The notes below the pieces were generated by a model. That model was given only the letters and a program-made list of their open reading frames with translations. It made no database searches and had not been told where the DNA came from. A program made the translations under genes and the position numbers. A DNA stretch of 63,893 nucleotides, filler included, from Candidatus Woesearchaeota archaeon (lineage in GTDB: Archaea > Nanobdellota > Nanobdellia > Woesearchaeales > DATGWN01): assembly GCA_047603125.1 (NCBI GenBank). It is 5 parts of 5 records of this genome, joined end to end, with 100 filler letters (N's around TTAATTAATTAA, not from the genome) between each part and the next. Parts side by side here need not be neighbours in the genome. Positions count along the whole stretch, not along the records: positions 29,357 to 43,693 come from JBLKOU010000028.1; positions 43,794 to 57,409 come from JBLKOU010000029.1; 3 more parts are not named here. One strand, written 5' to 3'. Numbering within the stretch: the stretch's first letter is position 1; each line of letters starts with the position of its first letter. Positions 42,672 through 53,520 of the stretch are shown in pieces.

Positions 42672-43308
42672 AGCAAAAGTCAGCCTGATTGTGTTAAGAC
42701 CAAAAATTGACACAAACACGAAAGTGTGGTTTAGCGAACTTCCGTACCTCCTTAATGGGGGTCGGGAATGACCGAAAAGTTACTCCGGGGATAACAGAGT
42801 TGTCCCGCCCGAGAGCTCGTATCGACGGCGGGGCTTGCTACATCGATGTCGGCTCTTCCTATCCTGGGCGTGCAGAAGCGTCCAAGGGTGGGGGTGTTCA
42901 CCCATTAAAAGGGATCGTGAGCTGGGTTCAGAACGCTGTGAGGCAGTTTGTTTGATATCTATTAGATTTGTTGTATGTCTGAAAGCAAGGGACCTTTAGT
43001 ACGAGAGGAACAAGGTGTCGAAGCCTCTGGTGTACCGGTCATCTGACAAGGTGACGCCGGGCAGCTACGCTTCAAGGGATAAGCGCTGAAAGCATCTAAG
43101 CACGAAACCCCGCTTGAAAAGAGACATATTGCCACGCTTATAGAAGATAAGTTTGATGGAGTTGCTGTGTACGGCACAAGCTCACGCGAGTGTTTTAGCA
43201 GGCAACCCCCAATTGTGGTTACCTGTATAGTCATAATCTATGTATGTATGGTTCTTTTTTTTTCTTTACAAATGCAACTTTTTTAAATAAATACAGTATT
43301 GTTCTTTT

Positions 43309-43693
43309 ATGAAATGGACAATTTTACAATTATTTGGTTGGCTTTTTTTACTTTTAAGCATAAGTACAATTTACTTTGCACTCACAGTAACAAGCGTCGA
43401 TAATCTCTTTTGGCTCTCAAACTGGGCACTCGCGCTTATTGGTATTGGGCTTATTTTCAAACTTCCTCGACTCATTGCAAGTCAGCTCAACATCATCTTA
43501 ATTCCTCATCTCTTTTGGACAATTGATTTTGTGTACATCCTTTTATTTCGCCAACCACTCTGGGGAATCACAGATTACTTTTTTGAAACCACACATTTAC
43601 TCCTCAATATAGCAAGCCTCAGTCATGTACTTCTCTATCCTGTCGGCCTATATGCTCTTTTCGTATACGGATTGCAATCTACAGACTTTTGGA
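43309..43693 (+). CDS. Membrane protein (truncated at contig end)
   Basis: Hydrophobic ORF; FWLSN, W.IDF, WGITDY. Confidence 0.7.
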
Positions 43694-43793
43694 NNNNNNN
43701 NNNNNNNNNNNNNNNNNNNNNNNNNNNNNNNNNNNNNTTAATTAATTAANNNNNNNNNNNNNNNNNNNNNNNNNNNNNNNNNNNNNNNNNNNN
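43694..43793. other. Artificial contig spacer
   Basis: N-run + TTAATTAATTAA + N-run. Confidence 0.99.
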
Positions 43794-43807
43794 GGTCTTT
43801 TAGATAT

Positions 43808-43997
43808 TGCTTCATCCAATAAATGTTTTTCAAAGAAGAGCACGCAGATTTGGCTCAAGAGTCCCGCTTTGAGAATCATGCGAAAATTCAGCTACACCTT
43901 TTCAGATTTCCATCCTCAAATTTGAAAGAAGCTTTCAAACAATCATCGAATTTTCTGATTTTACTGCAAGATGCTCCTTCTTTTTTTGGATAAAGCC
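43808..43997 (-). mobile_element. Form C MITE copy
   Basis: GCTTCATCCAA...TTGGATAAAGCC; full internal match. Confidence 0.9.
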
Positions 43998-44012
43998 AGT
44001 CTTTTCTAAAAT

Positions 44013-45367
44013 TTACATATCTCGAACACAAAAAGCACGTAAAGTATCAGTCTTATCTGCAGCACTGCCTTGGAAATAAAAATTCCCATTTAAACGTATT
44101 GCACGATTTTGATTCGCGGGAGTTGTTGTAGATGTCCAGACCCAATCACCCCATGGAATAAACGGCTCACTTACCCCTTGAGAAACACAACCACCGCCTG
44201 AACCAGTACATCCATAGTCCGCACCAGTCATTACTTCAAATGCCGTTGGAAGTCGCCAATCTGTATGACTTGCAAGCGTCAAATCGTTACAATATGCAAT
44301 TGAAGCATTCCATGTTAAAAAGCCGCTCGCAGTTCTGTCCGCTTGCCACATAAGATTCGTATCTGTGTCTGTTACGGTTCCATCCGTATTATCAACAAAA
44401 TTTTTTGACTCTTCATATCCTGTAATCATTGGTATTGTCGATGTGCCACGAACACAAAACACATCAAAACTTGTTGAACCAGCAATATTCCAACCACTAA
44501 AGGCAGCAAATAAATATGCATGATTGCCATTAGGAATTCGTGTCGAGGTATAAGCTCCTACAAATATTCCAATATTCCCGTATAAATCATATGCAGAAAA
44601 AGACGCAAACTCCAAAAAATTTGGCATTCGCCAATCACTCTGTCCACCATGAATCAGCTCATCACAAAATAATTCAGATTCTGTATAATTTAATCCTTGC
44701 GTAAACATATCAACAGCCCAATACATTCAGTGTGCGGATCATAAATAATGCCACTCTGATTATCAAATTCTTTTGACATACCAAAGTGATATCCATCTTG
44801 ACCAATGTGAACAGAACCACAAGATTCCACGCTAGCGGGCGTATTTGTTGTACTATAACAATCTTCTAATCCCGTAATATATCCTTGGAAAACAGTTGGT
44901 GGAGAACCCCCATTACCACCTGATGAACCACCAGAAGAACCTCCACCTGATGAACCAGAGATCGCTGAAGATGTCGTTCTTGTTGTTTGTGAATCTATGG
45001 GCGACCAAGTAACTTTTACATCACTCACTGCTTGATTTGTCGCAGAGCAGGTCACCTTATATCGAGACCCAACCGTGACTGTTACCGGAGAAAGTATACA
45101 TTGCTCATCTGCAAATGTCACATTTTGTATGCGAATTGATTGGCGCTGATTATTTAGCAAGAAAAAAGAAACCTCCTCTTCGTCTTCATAAATATCTACA
45201 ATACCAACATCTTGCAAGCGCAATTGAACAGCATCAACTTGCTCACCTGCACCCCCACCAATTGAAGGAATAGCTCCAATTGCTCCAACTACAATGAGTG
45301 CAATAACAATAACAACTGCACTAATGACAAGATATTCTGTAGCTGTTTGCGCGCGAAAAACCATCAT
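44013..45367 (-). CDS. Pilin-like protein with two DUF1566 domains, split by a frameshift at about 44726-44729
   Basis: RA|QTATEYL; IYDPHT/MYW broken across frames; DWRMP, DWRLP, CVR. Confidence 0.8.
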
Positions 45368-45495
45368 AAACTAAAGTCACCAAAAATTGTTTTAAAAATT
45401 TTTTCCATTATCAGTCAGCAAATCATCCTTGACCCTTCAAGAATTTTTGATTGCCACAACCTTTATAAATAGGCAGCAAGTTCGTAGTAGCATTC

Positions 45496-45569
45496 GACCC
45501 CCTAGCTTAGCCTGGTGGAGCGCACGACTGATAATCGTGAGGTCCCGTGTTCAAATCACGGGGGGGTCA
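45496..45569 (+). tRNA. tRNA-Ile(GAT)
   Basis: GACCCCC/GGGGGTC acceptor stem, CACGA-CTGATAA-TCGTG, TTCAAAT loop. Confidence 0.95.
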
Positions 45570-45776
45570 TTTTTTCATCTGACAATCTTTTTTTTGAACA
45601 ATAAATTGCTGCTGCCTAACACAGACACGATCACCTTCAACCAGTGTTTTTCGATTTGCCGTTTCTACTACTCCATTGACAGTTACCACGCCACTTCTAA
45701 TTAGTTGTTTGGCTTGGCCTCCTGTTTTGTATTGCGTATATTTTTTTACAAAGGCATTGAGTTCAACATAGTCCAT
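45567..45776 (-). CDS. S4-domain RNA-binding protein (YaaA/YbcJ-like)
   Basis: TGGQAKQLI.SG.V.VNG.VET..RK.L..GD. Confidence 0.9.
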   Translation of the reverse strand: MDYVELNAFVKKYTQYKTGGQAKQLIRSGVVTVNGVVETANRKTLVEGDRVCVRQQQFIVQKKDCQMKK

Positions 45777-45829
45777 AGTGTTTATACAATGCACAACATT
45801 TATAAGTGTTTTATTTTCACGTCAATGAC

Positions 45830-47029
45830 ATGATAGAATCATATTTGCAACTTTTTGCCGAATACGTGCCAAACCAATATATGCGCGCACTCATTATATT
45901 TGTCATATTAACCATTCTCACACGCGTCGTTTTACAAATCAGTATTCGAACATTAACACATTTTGCTTCAAAAACTACCACCGATTTAGATGATATTTTA
46001 ATTAAAAAACTCACAGGACCAGTTACTATTGTCGCAAGCTTAGTGAGTTTTGTCATTTCAGTTAATACACTCACACTTGATCCAGCAGCAATGAATTTAA
46101 TTGATAGCGTGAGTTCAACAATTATCGTTTTTGTTGTTGCATATACTATTTATGAGATTCTCATATTTTTGCTTGACCGCTATTGGTTTCGCGTCACAGC
46201 TGATAATGATACGCTTGCTAATCAAACAATTCTCAACCTCATCCATAATGTATTAACAGTCATTTTTATGGTGATTGCAATTCTGTACATTCTTCGCGTT
46301 TGGGGCATTGAAATTACTCCACTACTCACAGGATTAGGAATTGCAGGACTTGCAGTGGCGCTTGCCATACAACCAATTTTATCAAATACATTTAATGGAA
46401 TTTCACTTATTTTAGGAAATGTCTTTAAAATCGGAGATGTAGTCAAAATCAATAACGATATTATGGGTGTTGTACACAGCATTGGACTACGTGTAACGCG
46501 GATTAAAACATTTGACAGTGAAATGATTATTCTTCCTAACTCAAAAGTTGCAGAAGCAACAATTCAAAATTTCTATCAACCTGATCGACGAGTTCGTGTC
46601 GGTGTTGAATTTGGAGTCGAGTATGGCGTCGACCCAGAGTATGTAAAACAACTTGCAATTGAAGAAGTTTCTAAAATAGACTTTATCGACAAAAACGAGC
46701 AAATTCGTGTACTTTTCACAGACATGGGCGATAGTTCACTTGATTTTAAAGTCATGTTTTGGGTGGACGATATTGCAGAAAAATGGCCCGCAAATCAAGA
46801 AGCAATGACGCGTATTTATCGCAGACTCTATAAAGAAGGCATTGGCATTCCATTCCCACAACAAACAGTCTGGCTTCGAGACGAGGGAAAAGCTCAATCG
46901 AGCAGTCCGTTTGACAGGAAATTTAAGAAAACAAATACGAAATATTTCTCGCAATTTGGTCATGTTAAAGAGAAAAAACAAGAACCTGCTCCTGAGAAGA
47001 AAAAAACAATAAAAAAGAAAAAGAGTTAA
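45830..47029 (+). CDS. mscS: Small-conductance mechanosensitive channel
   Basis: GLGIAGLAVALA, FKIGD, IGLR.T, GI.IPFPQ. Confidence 0.93.
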   Translation: MIESYLQLFAEYVPNQYMRALIIFVILTILTRVVLQISIRTLTHFASKTTTDLDDILIKKLTGPVTIVASLVSFVISVNTLTLDPAAMNLIDSVSSTIIVFVVAYTIYEILIFLLDRYWFRVTADNDTLANQTILNLIHNVLTVIFMVIAILYILRVWGIEITPLLTGLGIAGLAVALAIQPILSNTFNGISLILGNVFKIGDVVKINNDIMGVVHSIGLRVTRIKTFDSEMIILPNSKVAEATIQNFYQPDRRVRVGVEFGVEYGVDPEYVKQLAIEEVSKIDFIDKNEQIRVLFTDMGDSSLDFKVMFWVDDIAEKWPANQEAMTRIYRRLYKEGIGIPFPQQTVWLRDEGKAQSSSPFDRKFKKTNTKYFSQFGHVKEKKQEPAPEKKKTIKKKKS

Positions 47030-47262
47030 AATGTTTGAATTTGCGGTTCACTACTTGATGGTTCGTCATCACTATCGTCCGAGTCATCATCGTCAATAAG
47101 ACCATTATATTCAAAATGTTCGACGAATTTTTGCAAAGTGACCAAACCAAGTTGCCCCGATTCTATATTTGCTAGTAACACAAGCCCATCCGCATGGTCA
47201 GTTAGACGCAAGACGTAGTAGATATCATCTGTTCCTTTTCGAGTAACGCTATATTCTTCCAT
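47026..47262 (-). CDS. Small acidic hypothetical protein
   Basis: 78 aa; AGGTG ribosome-binding site upstream. Confidence 0.6.
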   Translation of the reverse strand: MEEYSVTRKGTDDIYYVLRLTDHADGLVLLANIESGQLGLVTLQKFVEHFEYNGLIDDDDSDDSDDEPSSSEPQIQTF

Positions 47263-47378
47263 ATAAACACCTGCACAATTTCTGTTTAGAGAGTTTATTA
47301 ATATTTATGTTTTAAGCCAGCACAATAAAGAGTCGCTGCGTAGTGGTCATATGAGATTTGAACAAACTCACAAAAAAC

Positions 47379-47574
47379 TGCTTTATCCAGTAATTGTTTT
47401 TTTAAAAGAGAGCACGCAGATTTGGCTCAAGAGTCCCACTCTAAGAATAGTGCGAAAATTCAGCTGCATCTTTTCGGATTTTCATCCTCAAGTTTGAAAG
47501 AGGCTTTCAAACAATCGCCGAATTTTCTGATCTAGCTACAAGGTGCTCCTTTTTCTTATTTTTTGGAGGAAGCA
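47379..47574 (-). mobile_element. Form C MITE copy with 9-bp TSD
   Basis: TGCTTTATCC...GGAGGAAGCA flanked by ACAAAAAAC (47370-47378, 47575-47583). Confidence 0.9.
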
Positions 47575-47619
47575 ACAAAAAACAAAAGCCTTTTAAAGCC
47601 TTATAACTTTTTCCTTATT

Positions 47620-48171
47620 ATGGCGCAAAAAGACAAATTAGCAGACCAATTCAAGAATATAGGGATTGATACCGATTTTATTAAAACACATGCAGATGAA
47701 CACAATAAGAAGGTAAATGCCGTCTATTATAATTATAGCTCGCATAAAAAAGAGCAATTTTTCAAGGAACCAGAAAGCGTAGTGCAAGAGCCAAAAAAAG
47801 AAGAGCAAAGACCCAAGCCCGTTGTACAAGAAAGTGAAATAGTAAATCTAGAACAACTCAAACTAGAACTTCAAGCATATGCGGATCAAAAGATACTTGA
47901 ACTTGCGCAAAAAATGCAAGCATTTGCAGATCAGACTGATGCAAAATTAGACCAATTAGCCCAGCAAATTGGAAGTCACAGTCAAAATCCTCAACCACAA
48001 CAACAAAAAGCTGAGCCTGTGCAAGAAACATTACAACAACCAACAAGTAGCAAGCCACCATCAAGTGAGCAGCATAATCCTCACACAAAAGATACATTTA
48101 AGCCCGAAGATGTAGAAATTGGAAAGATGTTTAACTTTTCAAATAATCCATCAGGAAAAATACAGCGCTAA
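47620..48171 (+). CDS. Hypothetical coiled-coil protein
   Basis: Gln-rich; C-terminal PEDVEIGKMFNF. Confidence 0.7.
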   Translation: MAQKDKLADQFKNIGIDTDFIKTHADEHNKKVNAVYYNYSSHKKEQFFKEPESVVQEPKKEEQRPKPVVQESEIVNLEQLKLELQAYADQKILELAQKMQAFADQTDAKLDQLAQQIGSHSQNPQPQQQKAEPVQETLQQPTSSKPPSSEQHNPHTKDTFKPEDVEIGKMFNFSNNPSGKIQR

Positions 48172-50516
48172 GAAAAATAATCTCCTAAGGAGTGCTGTTT
48201 TCCCATCGCTACTAAATCTTCTTTTTTTAATCCAAATATTTCCATAATACTTGCAACAACAGGAATAATCTGATTATGAATATAATATTGTTCATCTACA
48301 TCTTGCGTTTTTGCCTGCGTTGCTGGAACTACTCGCTCATAAATAGGACCACTTCCCTTGCATACGACAAAATCTATGATTGAACCTTTTTTTATGACTT
48401 CCCCATCATCGAGTAATTTTTTTGCAACAATGACATGGGGTAAATTTGTTTCATACTCATGAACTTCTCGAGAAAGTTTGGCATGTAAAAAGAGTTTTTC
48501 AACAGGAACCTCTTTTTGTTGTAATTTTGTAATTACATTTTTGATGTATGTTGTTGCTTTGGAAACATCATGTTCTTCTAATAATAAGCGTATGACTTCT
48601 TTTTGTGTCTCTCTTGCTAGATCAGACCAGTCCGTTCGAACATATTCTAGCCCCGTAATTTTGAATTTTCCACTTTGTGAGAGAAGCGCATATCGCTTTT
48701 TTGCACCACCGCTGCCATCTTTAGCTCCAACAAAAATTCCAGAAACAAATACATCTTCAAGTTGCAGCTCCATAATTCCTGGAAGGGATTTATTAAATTC
48801 CCCAACAAATTCCTTTGCTTGTGCAATGCTTTTATCTTTTAATTCTAAAAATATAGAATCAGTATCACCATAAATAACAGAAAAACCCTGCTGCGTTGCT
48901 CTCTCAATTGTCTGCTTAATATAATGGCGAGCAAATGCCGTTGTTGCTCCTGCGCATTCATTGCAATACCATCTTGCATGTGCAAAAGCCAGATATCCGT
49001 AGAGTGAATTTGCCAAGATCTTTAAATTGTAAATTCTTGCTTCCAACATACGTTTTTTATACGAATCAGTTTCTTTTCGTAATTGGTTTTTTAACTCCAC
49101 TCTTCGCGTAATAATATCGCGAGTAACTTGCGGTATAAAAGAAGGCGCAGTTTGATTAATATAGAGTTCGCCGGGATATTCAGGAACTTTTTGCTTCTGT
49201 GTTCCTTTCTGTATAATTGTAGAGCGCTCTATATTTAATGAGGCAATAATGGAAGGGTACAGGGACTGAAAATCAAAAATTGCAATATTATGATATAAGC
49301 CAGGTTTTGGTTTAAACACAAACGCTCCAACATTTTTCGGCGTTTGTAATCGCTTTTGTAATTCATCTCCAAAAGGTTTTGGTGGGATAAGAACAGAAAA
49401 TTCCTGTGCACGATTAATCAAATACCACTCAACAAGTTGCGAGTAGCTCATTCGTGTGATGTCTTGAATGGGCAAAGGAATCATCGTCATAAATACTTGA
49501 ATGTTTGGAAAAATTACATCACAGAGCTTAATGCAAAGCTGTGCGTCTTGCATATTATATTTTGCAAACAACTGTAGTTGCTTTGTGTTTTTTGTGTCCC
49601 ACGCGTGAAAGAGTTTTGAAACATCAACGTCGTCATGTTTTTGCTCTCCAACAAGCTCTTTGGAGACTGCATCTAGTGAGTAGGAAGTTGTTTTTAATTG
49701 TGTGCGTAAATTTCTTTGAATAAAAGGATAAATATCCAAATGAACCCGTCCCTTAATATGTGCCTGACCGGATTGTGTAAAATGCAGGGGTTCGTTTTGA
49801 CGCCCAATGGTAAATTCAATACCATGAATTTGACAGCGATCTTTAATGTAGGAAAAATCAAAGGCATCACTATTATACCCACAAATAATATCCGGATTTT
49901 GTTGTTGAATATACTCGATAGTTTGCACGAGCATGTCTTTTTCATTCGAGCAAACAATGGCTCCCTCTATTTTATGAGTATGTGTGAATACAACCTGTGT
50001 TTGTTTTGTTGCAAGAGCTATCATTAAAATAGGATTATTTTTTGAATCTATGCGTTTTGTTTTGGCATACGTCTCAATATCAAGGCCCATAATAGCGATT
50101 TTATCATAAGAGAGATGTTTTTGAGTTTTTTTCAATGAATCCAGCGTTTTTCCATCACATTCATAGCCAACGAGGGGTTCTATTTGTCTATCAACTAAAA
50201 ATTTTCGAATAAAGGGAAGATCCGCTTCATAAAACTGCGTAATACCTAATTGTTGCAATGTTTCTTTAACAGAATTTGTTGCAAGCGCATCATCGTAAAA
50301 AACTTTCAGAAGATCTTTTTTTTTGTTAAAATATGTTTTTGTAACAGCCTGTGTTTTATACGGAATCTTTTTTTCGGTCTTTTCGATATAGAGAAAATTT
50401 TGAACAGGCTGCTCTAAAATGACAATGTTATTTTGCTCATCTTTACAATAGAGTTTCACAATAGTTTGTTTTTCTACTGTTTGCACACTTATATCAAAAG
50501 GGTATACAATTGCCAT
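48168..50516 (-). CDS. polB: Family B DNA polymerase
   Basis: DIET, GYNSDAFD, DFQSLYPS, KILANS.YG, YGDTDS, KKRY. Confidence 0.97.
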   Translation of the reverse strand: MAIVYPFDISVQTVEKQTIVKLYCKDEQNNIVILEQPVQNFLYIEKTEKKIPYKTQAVTKTYFNKKKDLLKVFYDDALATNSVKETLQQLGITQFYEADLPFIRKFLVDRQIEPLVGYECDGKTLDSLKKTQKHLSYDKIAIMGLDIETYAKTKRIDSKNNPILMIALATKQTQVVFTHTHKIEGAIVCSNEKDMLVQTIEYIQQQNPDIICGYNSDAFDFSYIKDRCQIHGIEFTIGRQNEPLHFTQSGQAHIKGRVHLDIYPFIQRNLRTQLKTTSYSLDAVSKELVGEQKHDDVDVSKLFHAWDTKNTKQLQLFAKYNMQDAQLCIKLCDVIFPNIQVFMTMIPLPIQDITRMSYSQLVEWYLINRAQEFSVLIPPKPFGDELQKRLQTPKNVGAFVFKPKPGLYHNIAIFDFQSLYPSIIASLNIERSTIIQKGTQKQKVPEYPGELYINQTAPSFIPQVTRDIITRRVELKNQLRKETDSYKKRMLEARIYNLKILANSLYGYLAFAHARWYCNECAGATTAFARHYIKQTIERATQQGFSVIYGDTDSIFLELKDKSIAQAKEFVGEFNKSLPGIMELQLEDVFVSGIFVGAKDGSGGAKKRYALLSQSGKFKITGLEYVRTDWSDLARETQKEVIRLLLEEHDVSKATTYIKNVITKLQQKEVPVEKLFLHAKLSREVHEYETNLPHVIVAKKLLDDGEVIKKGSIIDFVVCKGSGPIYERVVPATQAKTQDVDEQYYIHNQIIPVVASIMEIFGLKKEDLVAMGKQHSLGDYFS

Positions 50517-50556
50517 AATAATGAGTAATAAATCAGTATTTAAAAAGTCAGTGGAT

Positions 50557-50946
50557 TCAACTTAAATAAATATGCTCATATAGTTTGGCACCCGCCCAAG
50601 AAAATAAAAGAAAAGAGACAAAAACGAAAGGAAATGTTATTAAAACTTCTAAAAAAAACCAGAAGTGGTCTCTCGTTAATATATAAATTATCAAAGGGAT
50701 CAGCAAATTTAAAAACACTTTAAATAATGCAAAATATAAGCTCACTTTCAATGCATTTCGAACATTTTTTGATATTCGCATGGCTTCCATCCCAATTAAA
50801 AAAAATATAGCATAGATAAAGAAAAGTGTTAACCATTGAAAAAAAGATGATTGAAATATAAACTGATTTACTAACATAAATACATGCTGCACTACCATTA
50901 ATACTAGCAACAAAGAAAATTTTAAAATCGTTGGCGCATCATACAT
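50557..50946 (-). CDS. Membrane protein
   Basis: Four hydrophobic helices. Confidence 0.6.
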   Translation of the reverse strand: MYDAPTILKFSLLLVLMVVQHVFMLVNQFIFQSSFFQWLTLFFIYAIFFLIGMEAMRISKNVRNALKVSLYFALFKVFLNLLIPLIIYILTRDHFWFFLEVLITFPFVFVSFLLFSWAGAKLYEHIYLS

Positions 50947-51044
50947 AAACTAAATCATATTGAAATATTTATAAATTTTTGTATAAAACTTACAAATAGG
51001 CATCCCGAAATTAAGATTAATCACCCCTGCAATAAATTCAAAAT

Positions 51045-52079
51045 TCACACCATATACGAATCTAAATATTGCTGCTGATCACAACTATGCGAGAGGTGGG
51101 AAATTTTTACTCCAAGTAAGCGAACAGGGCGAAGATTCCAAAAATCAAAAAATAATTTTGTTAATATCTGCTTGACCGAATCAGATTTTGCCGGTAAAAT
51201 TGTGCATTGCTTTAATGTTGTTGTAAAATCATCATAGCGAATTTTAATACTAATCGTTCTATATGTGACCGGGCAGTCCACCGTTTTCTCAAAAAGGCTG
51301 TGCAAGGTCTGCACTAATGTTTTTTGACAAGAAATATCATAATCAAATGTTGTTTCATGTGAGATTGATTTTTCTTTTTTATAGGGGCTCATTCCCGTTC
51401 GATCATTTCCCGTGGCTAAAAACCAATATTTATATGCATGCTTTCCAAAATGCTCCATAACCCAAAAAATATCTTTCTTTGCCAAGTCTCCGATAGTATA
51501 TACTCCTTTTTCTTGATAATGGGAAATACTCTTTTTTCCAATCCCAGGTATTTTTTCAATTGCAAGCGGATGCAAAAAAGCTTGATGATTTTTTACAACC
51601 GTAATACCGGACGGTTTATGATGGTCACTTGCCATTTTCGCCACACGACTTGAATTTGCAACACCAATAGAGCAAGTATACCCTGTTTTTTCAAATAAAA
51701 ACGCACGAATATACTTTGCGCCACCAAGCCAGCCTTTTTTTTGTGCCAATGTTGTTATATCTAAAATGGCCTCATCAATGGAGCGCGCCTCATAGGAATC
51801 ACAAATTTGTGCAAGATAGGAGAATATTTTTTGCGACTCTTGTTGATAATATCTGTGTTGGGGTTTTACAAAAACACCCTGTTTACAAAGAGCCCTTGCT
51901 TGAGAAATGGGCATTGCACTGTGCACACCAAAGGCGCGTGCATGATAATTTGCAGTACTGACGACACCCCTATTTGTTGTTGAACCGATAATAAGTGGTT
52001 TATCAAATAACCAGGGCTTTTGCTTGACTTCACACGCCGCAAAAAAGCAATCCATATCCACATATGCATAGACTCGCAT
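51045..52079 (-). CDS. dinB: Y-family DNA polymerase IV
   Basis: VDMDCFFA, ANY.AR.FGV.SAM, SIDEA, VRLLGV. Confidence 0.95.
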   Translation of the reverse strand: MRVYAYVDMDCFFAACEVKQKPWLFDKPLIIGSTTNRGVVSTANYHARAFGVHSAMPISQARALCKQGVFVKPQHRYYQQESQKIFSYLAQICDSYEARSIDEAILDITTLAQKKGWLGGAKYIRAFLFEKTGYTCSIGVANSSRVAKMASDHHKPSGITVVKNHQAFLHPLAIEKIPGIGKKSISHYQEKGVYTIGDLAKKDIFWVMEHFGKHAYKYWFLATGNDRTGMSPYKKEKSISHETTFDYDISCQKTLVQTLHSLFEKTVDCPVTYRTISIKIRYDDFTTTLKQCTILPAKSDSVKQILTKLFFDFWNLRPVRLLGVKISHLSHSCDQQQYLDSYMV

Positions 52080-52151
52080 GATTTTATACTGGTATTTTTT
52101 ATTTATAAATATCCTGAACGCATCTGTCCAGTGGGATAGTGGTTGCAGAGA

Positions 52152-52343
52152 AACTTCATACAATAATTGTTTTTCAAAAAAGAGCACGCAGATTTGGCTC
52201 AAGAGTCCCGCTTTGAGAATCATGCAAAAAATCGGCTACACTTTTTCGGATTCCCATCCTCAAGTTTGAAAGAAGCTTTCAAACAATCACCGAATTTTCT
52301 GATTTTGCTGCAAGGTGCTCTTTTTCTTTTTTTGAATGAAGTC
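52152..52343 (-). mobile_element. Form C MITE copy
   Basis: AACTTCATAC...GAATGAAGTC ends; full internal match. Confidence 0.88.
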
Positions 52344-52387
52344 AAAAAATGCCAAATATTTATAAATAATATAAAGAGATTTTTTTT

Positions 52388-53008
52388 ATGAAAGCAATCA
52401 TCTTTGACATGGACGGAACACTTGTAGACAGTATGCACATGCACTTTTTAGGTTCAAAGAAAATATTTGAAAAGTATAATATCGAATTCACACCAGAAGA
52501 CACACAAAAATATGCAGGTATTCCTGTAAAACACATCATAAAAGAAAAACTTCCCCACTTAAGCGACGAGCAAATACAAGAAATGATGCAAGAAAAAATG
52601 CAATTTATTTTAAACAACATGGACGAATATGCAAAACCCATGCCTGGAGCATATGAGCTTTTAGAAGATCTAAAACAAGCAGGGTATAAACTTGCAATTG
52701 CATCAGGAACACGTCAACAAATTGTCAATGACTGTGTGAAAAAATTAGGTTTTGAAAAATATCTTGATTGCTATCTCTCCTCAGATTTAGTTTCACAAGG
52801 AAAACCACAACCTGACATTTTCTTAGAAGTTGCAAAAAGACTTGATGTGTCTGCGCAAAATTGCTGGGTCATTGAAGATGGAGAAAGTGGGATGATTGGT
52901 GCAAAAAAAGCAGGAATGAGCGTTATTGGAATTTCTGATAAAAACACAATTCCTGCAGATATAATCGTAAAAGAATTAAAAGATATTACTGTCGCACACT
53001 TTACTTAA
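52388..53008 (+). CDS. HAD-family phosphatase
   Basis: FDMDGTL, GKPQPD, IEDG..G..GA..AGM. Confidence 0.93.
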   Translation: MKAIIFDMDGTLVDSMHMHFLGSKKIFEKYNIEFTPEDTQKYAGIPVKHIIKEKLPHLSDEQIQEMMQEKMQFILNNMDEYAKPMPGAYELLEDLKQAGYKLAIASGTRQQIVNDCVKKLGFEKYLDCYLSSDLVSQGKPQPDIFLEVAKRLDVSAQNCWVIEDGESGMIGAKKAGMSVIGISDKNTIPADIIVKELKDITVAHFT

Positions 53009-53240
53009 GTGCTTCTTGTGCCTTTTGTATAAGCGGCAGAATTGCAGTAACTTCTTCACTTGTCATTCGTCCTAATTTTGCAAATGTGTATTCACCAGAA
53101 TTCGGATTTAAATTTTCTCGAGAAATCTGTAATTTTGGTTGACCATTATTATACGAATATACACTTACTCGAATCTTTGTTGTTTCAAATTCAGCTGTTT
53201 CACCGAATAGTTCTGCGTCTAAACTTTTATCAAATGCCAT
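53001..53240 (-). CDS. Small conserved protein, possibly PC4-like ssDNA-binding fold
   Basis: VSVYSYNNGQPKLQISR...KLGRMT beta-beta-beta-helix pattern. Confidence 0.65.
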   Translation of the reverse strand: MAFDKSLDAELFGETAEFETTKIRVSVYSYNNGQPKLQISRENLNPNSGEYTFAKLGRMTSEEVTAILPLIQKAQEALK

Positions 53241-53287
53241 TGTATACATGAACAATTTCTAGTCATTTAAATGTGTTTTGCAATTTT

Positions 53288-53394
53288 ATTGAGAGTTTCG
53301 CGGGTATAATACCCCGGACTTTAGTCCGCAAACTCTCAATTCAAAAGTTCGCGATTAGGTGAGAAGCGTAATACCCCGTCCCTTCAGGGCGGGG
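53288..53394. mobile_element. IS200/IS605-like end hairpins (non-autonomous remnant)
   Basis: CCCCGGACTTTAGTCCG and CCCCGTCCCTTCAGGGCGGGG, each preceded by TAATA. Confidence 0.6.
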
Positions 53395-53400
53395 ATACCT

Positions 53401-53475
53401 AGAAAATTTCCTAGTTTTCTGGGTTTGAAAAACTTGTGTTTTTCAATTAGCTTCGAGCAGCGAACTTTTGTTATT
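53401..53475 (-). repeat. Repeat D copy
   Basis: Reverse complement of 29182-29256. Confidence 0.85.
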
Positions 53476-53520
53476 GTCGTTAGCTATTTAAGGGTTTCAA
53501 AAAAAAGTTAAAGAAAAAAT

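Noticed and set aside
43255..43310. Expected 5S rRNA after the 23S
   Set aside because: Not present; a T-run and a protein gene follow. Unlinked 5S is common in archaea.
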